A stretch of DNA of 64,000 nt, from positions 79,050,001 through 79,114,000 of the forward strand of contig NC_043001.1 in the NCBI RefSeq assembly GCF_006345805.1. Reading direction: 5' to 3'. The notes beneath the pieces were generated by a model that did no database searches, was not told the origin of the DNA, and was given only the letters and a program-made list of their open reading frames with translations. Origin of the DNA: Octopus sinensis (Eukaryota). Made by a program: the position numbers and the translations under genes. Shown here piece by piece: positions 39,478 through 53,519 of this stretch; positions within the stretch are counted from its first letter, which is position 1; each line of letters starts with the position of its first letter.

Positions 39478-40229
39478 CAAAGTGGAGTTGTGGGGTATAT
39501 AGTATACATCTCTGTTTAGAGATATTGATTCATAGATACTTATATAACACACTTGGATTATATGTGAATGTTTTATGTGGTTTAAGTCTTTCATCGATAC
39601 GTGTATGAGTGTGTATACGTATCAGTGTATATATGCGTATATACTTTGCTTTTAAAGTAATATGGCTACGATTTCGTTTTAAACGTTTATTCCTGGTATC
39701 TGCAAAATGTTATTGTTTGCGTGTCTCCGAAAATCAACTTGAATGAAGTCGCACGCGGCATACTACTCTAGGTTAAAAACAACGATTTTCTCCACCATTC
39801 TTCGTGCTATGGTATCATATTTTGGAATATTCCTCGTTATGGCAGCTGTTATTGTCTTTAACCCTTCGTTAGTCACCTGACCTTTCAGAACAAGGTTAGT
39901 CACTCGGTATGTTTACACAACCTCGATACAGTAATGTTCATAGTTTTAGTATAATGTAAAATATATTCATTCTGTTGGTTCAGAATATATCGGCAGCCTC
40001 TTGTGAGAAGTTTGAAACCCTTGTAGCTGATTGATATTATAAAACAATAAAATAAAAGGAATTATAAAATTGAGGGAAAACTAAAAAAAAAACAAACTTA
40101 GATTCAGATCATATTTATTTCGAAAATACCCGCAGAATATACCATTTTGTGGAATGTTTTAGTATCCATGATATTAGCATAAGAAAAATAATATAACCGG
40201 CAATCTCCGTTACAGTAATGAATTAAATC

Positions 40230-40510
40230 AAAACTTAAACTGCGTTAGTCACATGGGTTGACTTGGCAAAAACGACATCTGCTTCCCACGACAACTGAGT
40301 CACGACTGCGTCAAACTACCTGCAACACACCATCGCTGAATCAGAAGAATAGAGGAAGGGAGCAACTAGAATGAGAACCTAGGTTCGAAATTTAACCAAG
40401 ACGCCTGATGAAGGCGGGAGGGTATGTCAACAGAAACGTTATGTTAACAACAAAGAAGATGAGGACAAATATCCGTCAAATGTAAACTTATGTACATAAT
40501 TCCTCATCTT
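40230..40510 (+). mobile_element. PLE terminal fragment with degenerate hammerhead (40401-40445)
   Basis: acgc CUGAUGA aggcgggaggguaugucaaca GAAAC GUU augu. Stem II is eroded. Confidence 0.5.
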
Positions 40511-40667
40511 TTAAATATAGAACTGTATTAATGTCCCACTTGTTTCAATCATTGGACTTCGGCCATGCTGGAGCACCACACTGAAGTTTTAATTTTCTAT
40601 TTAATTTATATCTTTATTTTAGGTTGACAAATCGATCGTAGTACTTATTCTATCGATAACTTTGCCA

Positions 40668-41101
40668 GAATCTTTTCGGTTTGAACGGCAGTTTTTTCTA
40701 GCGGTGTCATATGAAATTGTCACCCATACTTATGACCCTAGTATCGATCTATTGCATTTTAATCTGTTTTAGAGTTAGGCTTAGTTAGGGTTAGGGTTAG
40801 GGGTGGGGGGAAGGGCATCTTTTTTCTTCCCAAATGTAAATAAATCCAATCTGTTTCTTAAACAAGGGACATATTCATACGGCACAGAATGTTTTTCTAC
40901 CTCAATACACGTCAGTGATACGTTGAAATTGCAGAAATTGAAGAAAAAAAACCAATAAATATCTTACAAACTATAGAATTTTCTCAATAAAGCCAAGAGA
41001 AAAAGATGTTTTATAAACACGTTCTACCAGTATACGAAGTTTAAAATGTTTTAGTTACCTAGAACTTATGTTAAAAACTGCCGTTCAAACCGAAAAGATT
41101 C
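40668..41101. mobile_element. MITE with 28-bp TIRs and 8-bp TSD (hAT-like), inserted in a SINE B
   Basis: gaatcttttcggtttgaacggcagtttt / aaaactgccgttcaaaccgaaaagattc. Flanks ctttgcca and ctttgccg. Confidence 0.85.
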
Positions 41102-41644
41102 CTTTGCCGAAATTACGGTAACATAATGAAACTAAAACCGATTGTGAAGCAGCGCGGTGAGATTAAGCAGACAAAATCGGGCGCACACAACCAAATCGAC
41201 TCACAAAATATTGGTCGGTCCGGAGCTCCACTTGTCGCGCGTTGGGATTGAAACCGAAACCAAATGGTTACAAAGCGAGATTTGTAATTACGCAGCAATG
41301 ACTGCATCTATAATAGAATTTTTTTACCGCTTTGTTTTTGATAGAAAGTGAAAAGGCACCAATCGATTAAAAATAAGAATGTAATTACCCAGTTCGCATT
41401 TCTTCACTTGCTAACACCAGAGAAAACCTTTGAATTCAAAATTCTGGTGAATTAATGTTGTTCTATGCCCTGCTGTATGTGTCAGCCAATTTTTCTTAAT
41501 CCATTTCTGTTTCCTAAAGCAATTGATAAAAGCAATTAATACATATGCCCCGACCTTGATAATCATAATTTAGAGCGTCTGTCGCTACATGAGTTGATGT
41601 ATTCTTTAGTTCTCATAACAGCTGCATATTAATTGAGTATATGT

Positions 41645-42255
41645 TCTTTTCTACTCAAGGCACAAAGCCAGAAATTTTGGGGAAGGGGGCCAGTAGATTA
41701 GATCGACCCCAGTTACGCAACTGGTACTTAATTTATCGACCCCGAGAAGATGAAAGGCAAAGTCGACCTCGGTGGAATTTGAACTCAGAATGTAAAGACA
41801 GACGTAAATACAGCAATATTTTCACCCGGCGTGCTAACGCTGCATATTTCTTTATTGCCCACAAGGGGATAAATATAAAGGGGACAAACAAGGACAAAGG
41901 GATTAAGTCGATTACATCGACCCCAGTGCGTAACTGGTACTTATTTAATCGACCCCGAAAGGATGAATGGTAAGGTCGACCTCGGCGGAATTTGAATTCA
42001 TAACGTAACGGCAGACGAAATACCTATTTCTTTACTACCCACTAGGGGTTAAACACAGAGGGGAGACAAAACAAGGACAGACAAATGGATTAAGACGATT
42101 ATATCGACCCCAGTGCGTAACTGGTACTTATTTACTCGACCCCGAAAGTATGAAAGGCAAAGTCGACCTCGGCGGTATTTGAACTTAGAACTTAACAGCA
42201 GACGAAATAGCGCAAAGCATTTCGCCCGGCGTGCTAAAGTGCCTGACAGCTCGCC
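41645..42255 (-). mobile_element. SINE family A, three-core multimer
   Basis: Head, then core-spacer-core-spacer, then a partial head, core and tail on the reverse strand. Confidence 0.8.
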
Positions 42256-42719
42256 GCCTTTAATTGAGTATATATTTCCTCACAACGCAGCAAGCAAGTG
42301 GACATCTGAAAAAATATTTCCCCCAAAATTATACGAAGGCTTTCATACAATTCTTTTTTTATAATAACTCTATTTGTTATATGTATTCTATATTCAGAGA
42401 CTTAACTATGGAGATGCAGCCTGATTTATGGTTGCTTTATCTATTGCTCTATATTGTTTATTTAGAGAGCTAGCTGGGTGCATTCTCTATGATGTAATCG
42501 ACGTACCTCCACCTACGACATTGTTGTCCATGTGCCAAAACTTTGAAATCAATATATACTGATATTATAAATTTTCTTAGAGCGATGAGCCGGCGGAACC
42601 GTTAGCACGCCGGGCAATGCTTCGCCTCATTTCGTCAATCTATATGTTCTGAGCTCAAATTCCACCGTGGTCGACTTTGCTTTTCATTCTGTCGGTGTCG
42701 ATAATATAAGTATATTGTT

Positions 42720-43110
42720 GTTGTCGTTCTCGGAATCCTTTTTTCTCGAGAGACAATGGAATTGCACAGAAACTAATCCAGTCTGGTTTTAACATTTCCT
42801 GTCCTCTCCAGTTTTGCGCAGGCCTGGGCTAGATGTTAGAAAATCCTGGGTAGTCCAATCGTCAGAATTCCTCCCTCGACATTGCTGACATAGTCCAAAG
42901 GTGTGCAGAGCATTACGTTTGGCACCAGCTTAGTTGCAGGAGCTGCCAGAAGAGTGTCGAGTCGAACACTAAACCGCCTACGGGGCTCCACCCCGGATTG
43001 CTTCGAAAGTTGTCTCCTTTCCGTAAACCTGGATAGGGGTCCATGCCGGGTACTGTCAGCCGGAGCCAGCTGAGCCCGAGACTAGTGTCAGTCAGGGTCG
43101 TCACTCCCTT
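42720..43110 (-). mobile_element. Probable 5' UTR of an RTE-clade LINE
   Basis: GC-rich island. Reverse strand gcaatccggggtggagcccc...ggcagctcctgcaactaagctggtgccaaacgtaatg resembles RTE leaders (from memory). Confidence 0.4.
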
Positions 43111-43875
43111 TGAAGTAGTGAAGAAAATCGCTACCCACTACCTAAATAATATAAGTAACAGTTGACTTAATCCCACCCCCGAAATTGCTGGCTATGTGCC
43201 AAAATCAGAAATTAGTATCACAAATTTTCTTCCTTGATACTTCTATATCTTTGACATTTGTCTTGTTTTAGTCTTTTGACTGCGGACATCCTGGGGCACT
43301 GCCTCGTCCTAACGTAATAAATTTTTCCGTAAAATATTCACCCTTGGGATTTCATAAATTCACAATATTTCCATAAACAATATATAGATTAGTATTTCTT
43401 ATCTACTTATCACACTGCAGTACAAACAACCAGTCATATCTAATACACAGCTGAAAAAGACTGCGGCAATAAAACTTTCAAGATTCCCCATTCTGCATAA
43501 ACATATAAATATGAAATTTTTCTGCCGCACACTGCATATAGTTTATAAGCTAAAATCAATAGATGTATAATGTAAATGAATTATATAATAACATTAACTA
43601 CAATAATTAAATTTTAACTATAATAATTAAAATTTAATTAAGGATTATAATTATTTGACCTAATAAATAAATACATTCAACCTCTTTGAACCATGTGCTA
43701 TTTAAATTTCCATGGTCGCATTTCAGTTCGATCTTTTGAACCGTGATAACGATGTTGATTATAACACCTGATTTTATAATTGATTTTTACTGTTTACATT
43801 ATTAATTTTACTTTCCAATTTATTTATTTTACATAGAGCAAAACACACACACACACATACACAATATATATATAT

Positions 43876-43919
<44 letters not shown>

Positions 43920-44320
43920 ATATATGTATATAAATATATATATATATAAATAGTAGTGATGGTGGTAGTAGTAGTAGCGGTAGTAGTTGCAGCAGTAGTA
44001 TAAAGAAGGTATAGCTGTTCTCAATTTACCTTCCAAAACCTTTTTCTGCATATATTAATGAACTTTTATCATAAGCACTAATTATAAATATCAAATGCAG
44101 ATATTTTTAATTACTATATTTTGTTTATGTATTTGCTTTCATTTACTTTCGTTTATTTATTGTTTTTATAATAGTTTATCGATTTTGCTTCTTTACTATA
44201 TTTCTATAAAGACCTGTAATTACGTCCTATTAAGACACGGCTTCATTACTATAAGGGCATCATATTTTGGGTGTCTAGTAACCACTTTACTGTGTATTTT
44301 TGTTTTTCTGTTATTTAATA

Positions 44321-44823
44321 CTAGCTTAAAAGTCGCACTCCGTGCGAACTTTTAAGCAAGCTCCTGTGGATGGCTAATTGGCCCTGCGGCCCAAAACTAA
44401 AGAGAACTAAACAGCATGACTGTAATACGTCTATAATGAATATATGCCCCGATTGTATTTGATAAGTGGTTAAGGACGAATGAGAATTAATTCTGTAATG
44501 CAATCAATCATTCTATTGTTCCAACCTCAAGTTGAATTCCATCTGTTGGCCAAAGTTCTTATCCTGACGTAAAATTAAGGAAGCGAGTATCGTTTATATA
44601 CTCCATCTCTGACGTCATCTGACAAACGCCAACAAAGATGGCGTGAATTAGGCAAGCTTTACCAGCTAGAAATAGCGACCGAAATGCTGGATGTTTATGA
44701 GTCAAATGAAGAGCAGATTATCAATCTCAAGATCATTCTGATTCCAAAATGGTATAATATGGATAAGTAGAGCAAAGGGGTCGTAGACGGACAGACAAAA
44801 AATCCCTTTTATTGATATAAATA
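44321..44823 (-). mobile_element. Non-autonomous Helitron, reverse strand
   Basis: Reverse strand 5' tatatcaataaaagggattttttgtctgtccgtc has the same style as 16062. The 3' end is a 15-bp hairpin (44324-44357) ending in CTAG|t. Confidence 0.55.
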
Positions 44824-44847
44824 TCTATATCGAAATATGTCATAGCA

Positions 44848-45245
44848 AGGCGGTGAACTGGCAGAAACGTTAGCACTCCGGGCGAAATGCGTAGCCGTAT
44901 TTCGTCTGCCGCTACGTTCTGAGTTCAAATTCCACTGAGGTCGAATTTGCCTTTCACACTTTCGGGGTCGATTGAATAAGTACCAGTTACGCACTGGGGT
45001 CGATATAATCGACTAAATCCGTTTGTCTGTCCTTGTTTGTCCTCTCTGTGTTTAGCCCCTTGTGGGTAGTAAAGAAGTAGGTATTTCGTCTAACTTTACG
45101 TTCTGAGTTCAAATTCCGCTGAGATTGACATTGCCTTTCATCCTTTCGGGGTCGATAAATTAAGTGCCAGTCGCGTTTTGGGGTCGATCTAATCGACTGG
45201 CCCCCTCCCCAAAAATTTCGGGCTTTGTGCCTAGAGTAGAAAAGA
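44848..45245 (+). mobile_element. SINE family A, two-core form
   Basis: A and B boxes. Core repeated at a 184 bp period (ttcaaattcc at 44924 and 45108). Confidence 0.85.
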
Positions 45246-45752
45246 AATATGTCTGTTAGCTTTTAATTGTTTCAGTTATTGGCCTGTAGACGTGCTGCAG
45301 CACGCTGAAGTGAAGTTAAATCGTACAGATCGACAAAAGTGGTTATTTTTAAGACTGGTATTTCTTTTATAAGGCATTTTGGACGATGCGCTAGATTATA
45401 GAGGAGTAAACAAGCCAAAAAGATGTTATAATGTTATCAAACGCTGGTGAGGAACAACTACAGACACAAACATATAGGTGTGAGTGTCGGTGTGTGATTT
45501 TGTGTGCGCCTGCGCGTTTGTGTGAGTGTGTATAGAGGTGTGTGGTTTAATGGTTTGTCTATTCGGCCCACGATCGTTTCATACCCAGCAGTGCGTTGTG
45601 TCCGCCAGTAAGAAGCATTTTACGTTCTGGCAACGCAGTTAGCAAGGGAAAATGACTAGTACCTCTATTTCTCCATGAGGAGTAGATTGTTACATTGATC
45701 GTATAAACTGGAACACGCAACGTTGTAAACAATGGAGTTCCAGTGGCATATA

Positions 45753-45804
<52 letters not shown>

Positions 45805-45807
45805 ATT

Positions 45808-45866
<59 letters not shown>

Positions 45867-45912
45867 GTCTGCCTGCCTATGTATATATATATATTATATA
45901 TATATATATATA

Positions 45913-46580
45913 TACAAGTGATCTGATCAATAAGTATCCGGATCGTTGATATAGTAGAGGAGCTAAAGCACGGAGAGCGAAGCCGCTTGGCAAAGACTAT
46001 CTTTGAAGTCTGCTGTGTTTGCGTACTAAGTTTTAACGCTCCAGATCCCTTCCGCTGTTTATACCAGTGCGTAGAAGTATAGTGTGTAGCGTGTGATCGT
46101 CGCGTTGACCACGACAAGAGGAGTTGAGCAGAGAATCTGCATCAACCTTTGCCAAAAATTTAGCGATACTTGCTCAGAGGCTTATGCAAAGTTTTCAAAC
46201 TAATTTCATCCTTCTTCACACAATCAAGAATATCTTTTGCAACTGAAATCCTAGTGTCATTCTGGTCAGCTGAAAGCAGTTTTGACACTAACTTGACAGA
46301 CACGCGTCTCATACTAAAGCCTTCAATGATAATGGACTGAATTGAACCGTAACTTATCTGCACTTCCTCCGATAAATCACGGATGGTGATTCGACGATTT
46401 CCCCTCACTCTGCATGCACATCTACGATATTTGTCTCAATTCTGCTGGTTGTGGATCTCTGAGAACTTCTTCAGTATCGACATTTTTCGACTATCTTCAA
46501 AGTGTCTCATGCACTCGTACACTTGTGTGCGACTCATACACTTTTTGCAACTTTGCGTAGGCCTTTGGGTAGGTATCGCC
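45913..46580. mobile_element. Mariner relics in opposed orientation
   Basis: On +: TIR tacaagtgatctgatcaataagtatccgga and EQRICINLCQKFSDT. On -: MSRTQVYECMRHFEDSR and GNRRITIRDLSEEVQISYGSIQSII...MRRVSVKLVSKLLS. Confidence 0.8.
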
Positions 46581-46962
46581 ATGAAAGCTTTCTCTGTCGT
46601 GGTTAATACGACGAGAACTCTACACACCTTCCTTCGAAGCACTGCTGTAAAACGCGAGAGTGAGCTATAACGTTAAAAGCTTTAAGGTTATAAAATGCGA
46701 TTATTATTACTTACATTGCTGTAAGGCGGTGAACTGGCAGAATCATTAGTACGCCGCGCGAAATGCTTATACCGATGAGATCGATTTTGTCTTTCACACT
46801 TTCGTGGTCGATAAGATAAGTACCAGTTGAACACTGGGGTCGATGTAATTTATAATCCCCTCTCACCAAATTTCAGGCCTTGTGACTATAGTAGGAAGGA
46901 TTATTTACAGAATAGTAAAAGTCAGTACTGCTTATCAAAAACCATCGTAGAATATATATATA

Positions 46963-47009
<47 letters not shown>

Positions 47010-48033
47010 ATAATATATATATATACACCTACACGAGCGTTCCCACACCATTACAATCTACCAGATTCAGGAATAAGGCATTAGACGGACTGGGGCTATA
47101 GAGGAAGACACTTACCCAACGTGGGACTGAACGCATAACCACATGGCTGCAAACCGACCCTCTTAAACGCACACCCAGTATGCATATATATATATATATA
47201 GGATCAAATGAGGGTTGGATATTGAATAGAATTTAAATATCCTGGTTAGTTTAGTGTTCAGTACCAGAGCGTACTGGCCACTACCGAAGAATGCATAGGT
47301 GCATGAAGGAACAGTGCGGTGGGGTAGGAAAAATAGGAGATATTAATGCGAGCATAAGGAGAGCAAAATTTTGGATAAGGAAAGAAGGTGAAAGAGGAAA
47401 AGAAATAGAAATTGTTTGCAATTGACAGGTGATTATGCTACGCAGAGAGAGAAGAAAATACCATAAGTTGATATTGGTAAGCAAACTGGACCTCGGTGGT
47501 TTTTAAACTCTGAACGTAAAGAGCTCGGAGACAAGCCTGAAGCATTTTGCCCAGCTTCCTAACAGTTCTGCTAGCTCGTCTCCTTATTTTTTCTAAATAT
47601 TGGATTTAAATGTTGGTACAAGGCCGGCAAGTTTAGGAGGAGGGGCTAAGTCGATTACATCGATCACAGTGTTTTATTGGCTTCCGAAAGGATTAAACTA
47701 GTTGACATCGGTGCTATTTGAGCACAGAACATGGAGATGTACGAAATGCCGCGAAGCATTTTGCCCGGCGTGCTAACGAATCTGCCGGCTCGCTGTCTTT
47801 TATTCTGAATATTAGTTGCATATACTACACACACACACACACGCACACGCACACGCAGACACTCACACACTCACACACATGCACATACAGACACACATAT
47901 ATATATATATACATACATATATATACACACTTATATATATATATATACACATATATAAATACACGCATATATATATATACATATTTGTATATATACCTAT
48001 ATATATAAAGGTTATATAATTATATATATGTAA

Positions 48034-48104
<71 letters not shown>

Positions 48105-48426
48105 TATATAAGGATATGTAAATCTTTCAAAGACGGTGAATCTAATATAAAAAGCAATATCTTTAAATTTTTCTATGACCAATGAGTGTAAGTGAGACAA
48201 TCAATTTATGAAAGTTACTACGCAAAGACCAATCTCCTTTCTCTATATACCCCGCGACCGGGCGTTTTCTGCCCCCAAAGGGGCCGTTACACAATATGCG
48301 AAACATTTAATGAGTTTAAAACCACCCCTGGATTATATATGTAATGAATATTCCCAGTTGAAAATTACGGCCGTTATAATCTTTTACACAGCTCGAACGG
48401 GATTTATATTATAGATATACATACAT

Positions 48427-48457
<31 letters not shown>

Positions 48458-48482
48458 TACATACATACATACATACATACAT

Positions 48483-48513
<31 letters not shown>

Positions 48514-49019
48514 TACATACATACATACATACATACATACATACATACTTACATACATATATATGTTTGTGTGTGTGTGTGTGTTTGTTCGCGTGTGTGT
48601 GTATGCGTGTGTGCTTGTGCGTATTTGTATAATTCTGAAATTTTTTTCTTATCTATTGTTTTGATATGTAATTATCCTGCAATTACTCCAGCATTACCTC
48701 AATCACTCCGTAATAACTCCAGTATTTTTCAAGTCTCATGCATGTCCCCACACATTTATAACATCCATATACAACTTTGGAATACTTGAATATGCAGATA
48801 TACATCATGTGGAAACAACTTGATCTATAACCCTATTTTATTTATTTATTTATTTATTTTGTTCTTTTCTTCCCTTTTACGATCCCTCTTGATCGAAAAC
48901 CTACGCCACCCCTTTTTTTTGTTTCTTTTGTTTTTCGTTTTTTTTCATCCCCCAAAAGAAAAGCTCTACCTTGTAACTTGTCCCATCTGTGTGCAGCCCT
49001 GTGTGGCCAATAAAGAAAC

Positions 49020-49082
<63 letters not shown>

Positions 49083-49899
49083 CCTATCTATATTTGTTTA
49101 ATATATTTGTGCAGCCATCTGTCCATCTGTCCTGACCGTCTGTATTATATATTTGTTAGTTTTGTGGGCTGGGCACAAGAAAATTATACTTGCTAACAAC
49201 ACCTACGACAGAGTTAGTAAAAACAGGTATGTAATCAGGATGTAATCACTATATACGGAGATAGAAACCAATAACATCAAAAATATCATCAATAAGGCTT
49301 AGGAAACTACTTGAGAGGATTCGTCTGTATGTTGAATAACCAAATGTTCGTGTCTCACATATATCATAAATACTGAGAATTGTAGTAAATAGGTTCACTC
49401 ATCTAATGTTACGTTTTTCTGCCTCAATGTGAGAGTCCTAGCAATACCCTCGATTGGCCACCTAAACAAGTTACATAAGCATTACAGACGTTGGGGGTAA
49501 TGTCAATCAAGCTGACAGCGATATACACAGCTAGCATCTTCGGTGAGATCTTTTGATATACATTTTGATGATTGATTTAATCACTAAATTACACAAGCAA
49601 TAACTCCTCCATAGGTTTATAATACCATTAATTGAATGCAATATATTTTTCAACTTTTTAAATACAAGTTTTTAGAAACGCATTAAAATATGGAAGTTGG
49701 GGCTTTGCGACACTCTGCTGGAGTGCGGCAAATAGAGAGAATAATAGCATGATACAAAATTGATATGTTGGCCTTAAATTAAATTAGATTATGCGGGATA
49801 GATATTATTATTACGACACTTGTACGATGCAGCTGTGATCCCAAGATGAGCAAATAATGTGGACCGTAATCAAGGCGACTGGATTCTGAATAAAAGGCT

Positions 49900-51450
49900 T
49901 CAAGAATCTTATTGAAATGGAAGCATTTAGCTAATAGCACAATGTTTTTATTGAAACTTATATCTAAGTAATGCAGAATAATACTTATTACTGGTTAACA
50001 ATAATACCAAAGTATAAATAATGCATGCGACGAAGGGAAAGATTATTACTTTCAACGGTTGCAAGAGGTAATCAATAGTATACCAGTAAGATATCTAAGA
50101 ATTGTGATAAGAGATCTAAATGAGAAAACTATCAAAAGTAATGAAGGTATGGAATAAACGATGGGTATACATAGGATTGGCGATGCTAATGAATATAGCG
50201 TAAGATTGATGAACTTGTATGCATCTAAACATCTCATCATAGGAAATGTTCTGTTTAAGGACATTCATAAATTTACTTAGGAATCTCTAGATAAAAACTA
50301 TTGTTATCAAATTGATCATATTTTGATAAATTGACAATGTAAAAATCGCTGATAAATGTTTGAACATTCATTTCCAGGTGCAGATATCAGCGGTGTACAT
50401 CAGTTAGTAATACAGAGATTTCACTTAAAGCTTGAAGGCTAAAGAAAAGAAGTGATTACCTGGTTTGATACGGGAAGAGTGAATTAATGATGGATTAGTA
50501 ATTAAATGGCGAAATCAATTTATAGTCCTTCGAGCTATAGATGAAGATGATATCAACGGCATGAGGAAGAATGTTAACGAAATATACCAGAATATAGCGA
50601 AGTGTATTCTGGGTAGACAAAAAAGAAGAAAGAAGAAAGAAAGCATAGAAATAAAGAAATGGATTTCATATGAAATATAAGAAGTTGCGGAGGTGCATAA
50701 AAAAGAAAAACAAATTGCTGAAATTTAGAAGGAGGTAAAGATGACCTTAACACTTAAAATGGCTAAATGTTAGAGTCTCTATAGAGTGGTCAAAGGATAT
50801 TGAGTAATGGTTAACAGTAAAACGAAAGCTGATGAAGCAAAGAAATTACTCAGTGCAGGAGAGATTATAGGAATCAAAACTGCTTACGGAGTAATAAATT
50901 AAATTAGAAATAAAATACAGCACGAAAAATATTGCCAAGATGAAGTATTGATGGAAATATAAAAATCCAAGGTAGATGGATGGGACATTTTGAAAAGTCA
51001 TAAAACAGGCGTTCAATTGGAGAAATGTCCTAAGAAGAAAGTTATTTAGCAATTAAATAACGGAAACGCTCTCAGGTTACACTGAATTACAGGAGAAATT
51101 CTAAAATAAGTAAGCATGTAACATTAAGGGTATTTTGATGCTGTGTCGTGACATATGAAAAGTTAAAACGAGGTTTGAAAATTAGAAGATCGATAAAGTG
51201 ATTAGGATTATTAAAAGAAATGATATCTCTGAATTGCAACAAAGTAAATCTCAATCGTGTTAAATTTTGGAAGGGTTCGACAGGTGCTGGTTATTCTGAA
51301 AAGGCTACAGGTTGTAGCGGAATATTTACCTAGGTATGATTAAGGAAGCTTCTGTGTATCGGGAGTTTGCGGTGTCCAGATATTTTTGCCTAGGCATATT
51401 ATACAATATGTGGAATCTAGACTGATAATGCAGTACATGGAAACTGAAAC
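49900..51450 (+). pseudogene. Decayed RTE-clade LINE (endonuclease to RT N-terminus)
   Basis: YFQRLQEVINSIP...IVIRDLN...MGIHRIGDANE...IHKFT...QIDHILI...FPGADI; NGNALRLH*ITGEILK (KAPG.D.I..E-like). Confidence 0.7.
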
Positions 51451-51934
51451 GGCCTTCGAGAGTGTACATATCATTACAACCCGGGAGATAATGAATTATC
51501 ATTTCACTGAAAAAAAAAAATGTCACTTCATGAAAGAAATGTCAAGTAAGTGTATAAAATGGATTTTGAAATGAATCTGAAACCGAGACCCGATGGGAGA
51601 TGTTTTATTATTTCTGTTGTTTGTTTTCTTATTATCTGCGCCACTTAGGAAACAACCAAAGATGGAAGGGAAGGGGCTGATTTGATTTCTGGTCACAAAA
51701 TATTTTGGTAAATTTGTATTGTGAGGGAAACATTGTTCGTTCAGTAATCAAATATCGACATTATGGAGAATGATATATAAACTATGAATAAGTAACTATG
51801 GGTTCAATATATCAACGCCGAAACAATGAAAGACAGGGTTGACCTCAGCGGCATTGAACTCGGAACAAGAAGAAATATCACTAAATATATTGTCGGACGT
51901 GCTAACGATTCTGCCATTTCGCCACAATAATAAT

Positions 51935-53183
51935 GTAAAAGGAAATAAAAGAGCAACTGAGGATGGAATATTTCCGAAAACTGAGGTTGGTGTTGCGCTC
52001 AAAATTGACCGGATGGAATAAAATCAAAGCAGTTAATACGTGGGGGATATATCACTTCGGTATGGAGTGGGAATTATAAAATGGCGTAAGAGAGAGGTGA
52101 AGAAAATGGATACCAAGACCAAAACAATTTTGACAGTACACGGAGCCTTCCACCCTAAAGGTGACACCAATTAGCTATACTTGCCCAGAACAAAGGGTGG
52201 GAGAGTTTTAATCAATTGTCAGGACTGTATCAAAGCAGAGGAAAGCAGCGTTGGGTGGTATATAAAAATTGCTGTGGAGCTACTGCTGAAACACACGAAG
52301 ATGGCCGGCGTCATAAAACAGAAAATTGTGTAACGAAAGAAAAATTTAAATAAGAAATTAACAAAAAACTAAAAAAGCATGGACGGGAAAATGTACGAAC
52401 AGTTTGCAAGAGATGCGGACGCCAAGACAGAAGTAGTGGACCGGTTACTATAGACGAGGATGTGTGACCTGAAGATAGATACAGAAGCACTGACATGCGC
52501 AGCTCAGGAACAACGGTTAAGAACCAGCTACATGAAGTGCAGAATAGACAACACTGCTGATAGCGATAAATACAGAATGTGTGGTGAGAGGGATGAAACG
52601 GTATGGCACATCTTTAGCGAACGTCCAGCATAACGTGAATACAAAAAACGCCATGACAATGCAATGTGGCAAGAATGATCACGGCATACAAAGAGCAAAC
52701 TCCAGAAGGAATAAACGAAAATGAGAATAAGAAAGTCCTGCTGGATGTAATGATCCAGTACAATCACCTGACCAGACATCAGAAGCCGGAAATTGTTGTG
52801 GTGAATAAAAAACAAAAGAACATGTATGATAAACGAAATAGTTTGCTCTGGTGAAAAGAGGATCAATTTGAAAGAAGGAAAACTAAACAACTATGGCGAT
52901 TTAAAGTGGGAAATACGAAGGTTGTGGTCAATGAATACAGTAAACGTGATACCAATAATAATTACTGCACTTCGAAGTATCAACACTCATGTAGCTACAT
53001 GGTTGAACAAGATTGGTGCAAGTGTGGAAGTAGAACACCCACAAAAATCAGCATTCCTTGGAACTACAAGAATTCTTCACAAGACTCTTGAAGCATGACC
53101 GGTAAACAAATGTTACTTTAGTTTGCTGGCTGTGGAGAGCTAACAATTTCCATTATACCCAGCAAAATAAGCTGAGAGTTTAC

Positions 53184-53245
<62 letters not shown>
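51935..53245 (+). pseudogene. R4/Dong-clade LINE, 3' 1.3 kb with (AAT)n tail
   Basis: EYFRKLRLVLRSKL...LRYGVGIIKW...HPKGDT..LYLPRTKGGR...AAQEQ.LRT...YRMCGERDETVWHI...IPIIITAL...GTTRILHKTLEA*. Confidence 0.9.
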
Positions 53246-53246
<1 letters not shown>

Positions 53247-53482
53247 GTCCTTGAAAACTTTGGGGAGAAGGGGCAGGTCGGTTACATCGACTCCAGTGTT
53301 TAACTGGTACTTAATTTATCGACACCTCGAAAGGATGTAAGGTTAAGTCGACCTCGGCGGAATTTGAACTGAGAACCTAGCTAAGCATTCCGTCCGGCGT
53401 ACTAACGCTTCTGCCTCCTCGCCGCCTTATAATAATATTTGTAGTAGCAATAATAATAATAATAATAATATAATAATAATAA

Positions 53483-53519
<37 letters not shown>

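Noticed and set aside
51951-51995. CUGAGGA-stem-GAAAAC...GUUG hammerhead look-alike
   Set aside because: Position 17 would be G, and the bases encode EQLRMEYFRKLRL of the R4/Dong RT.
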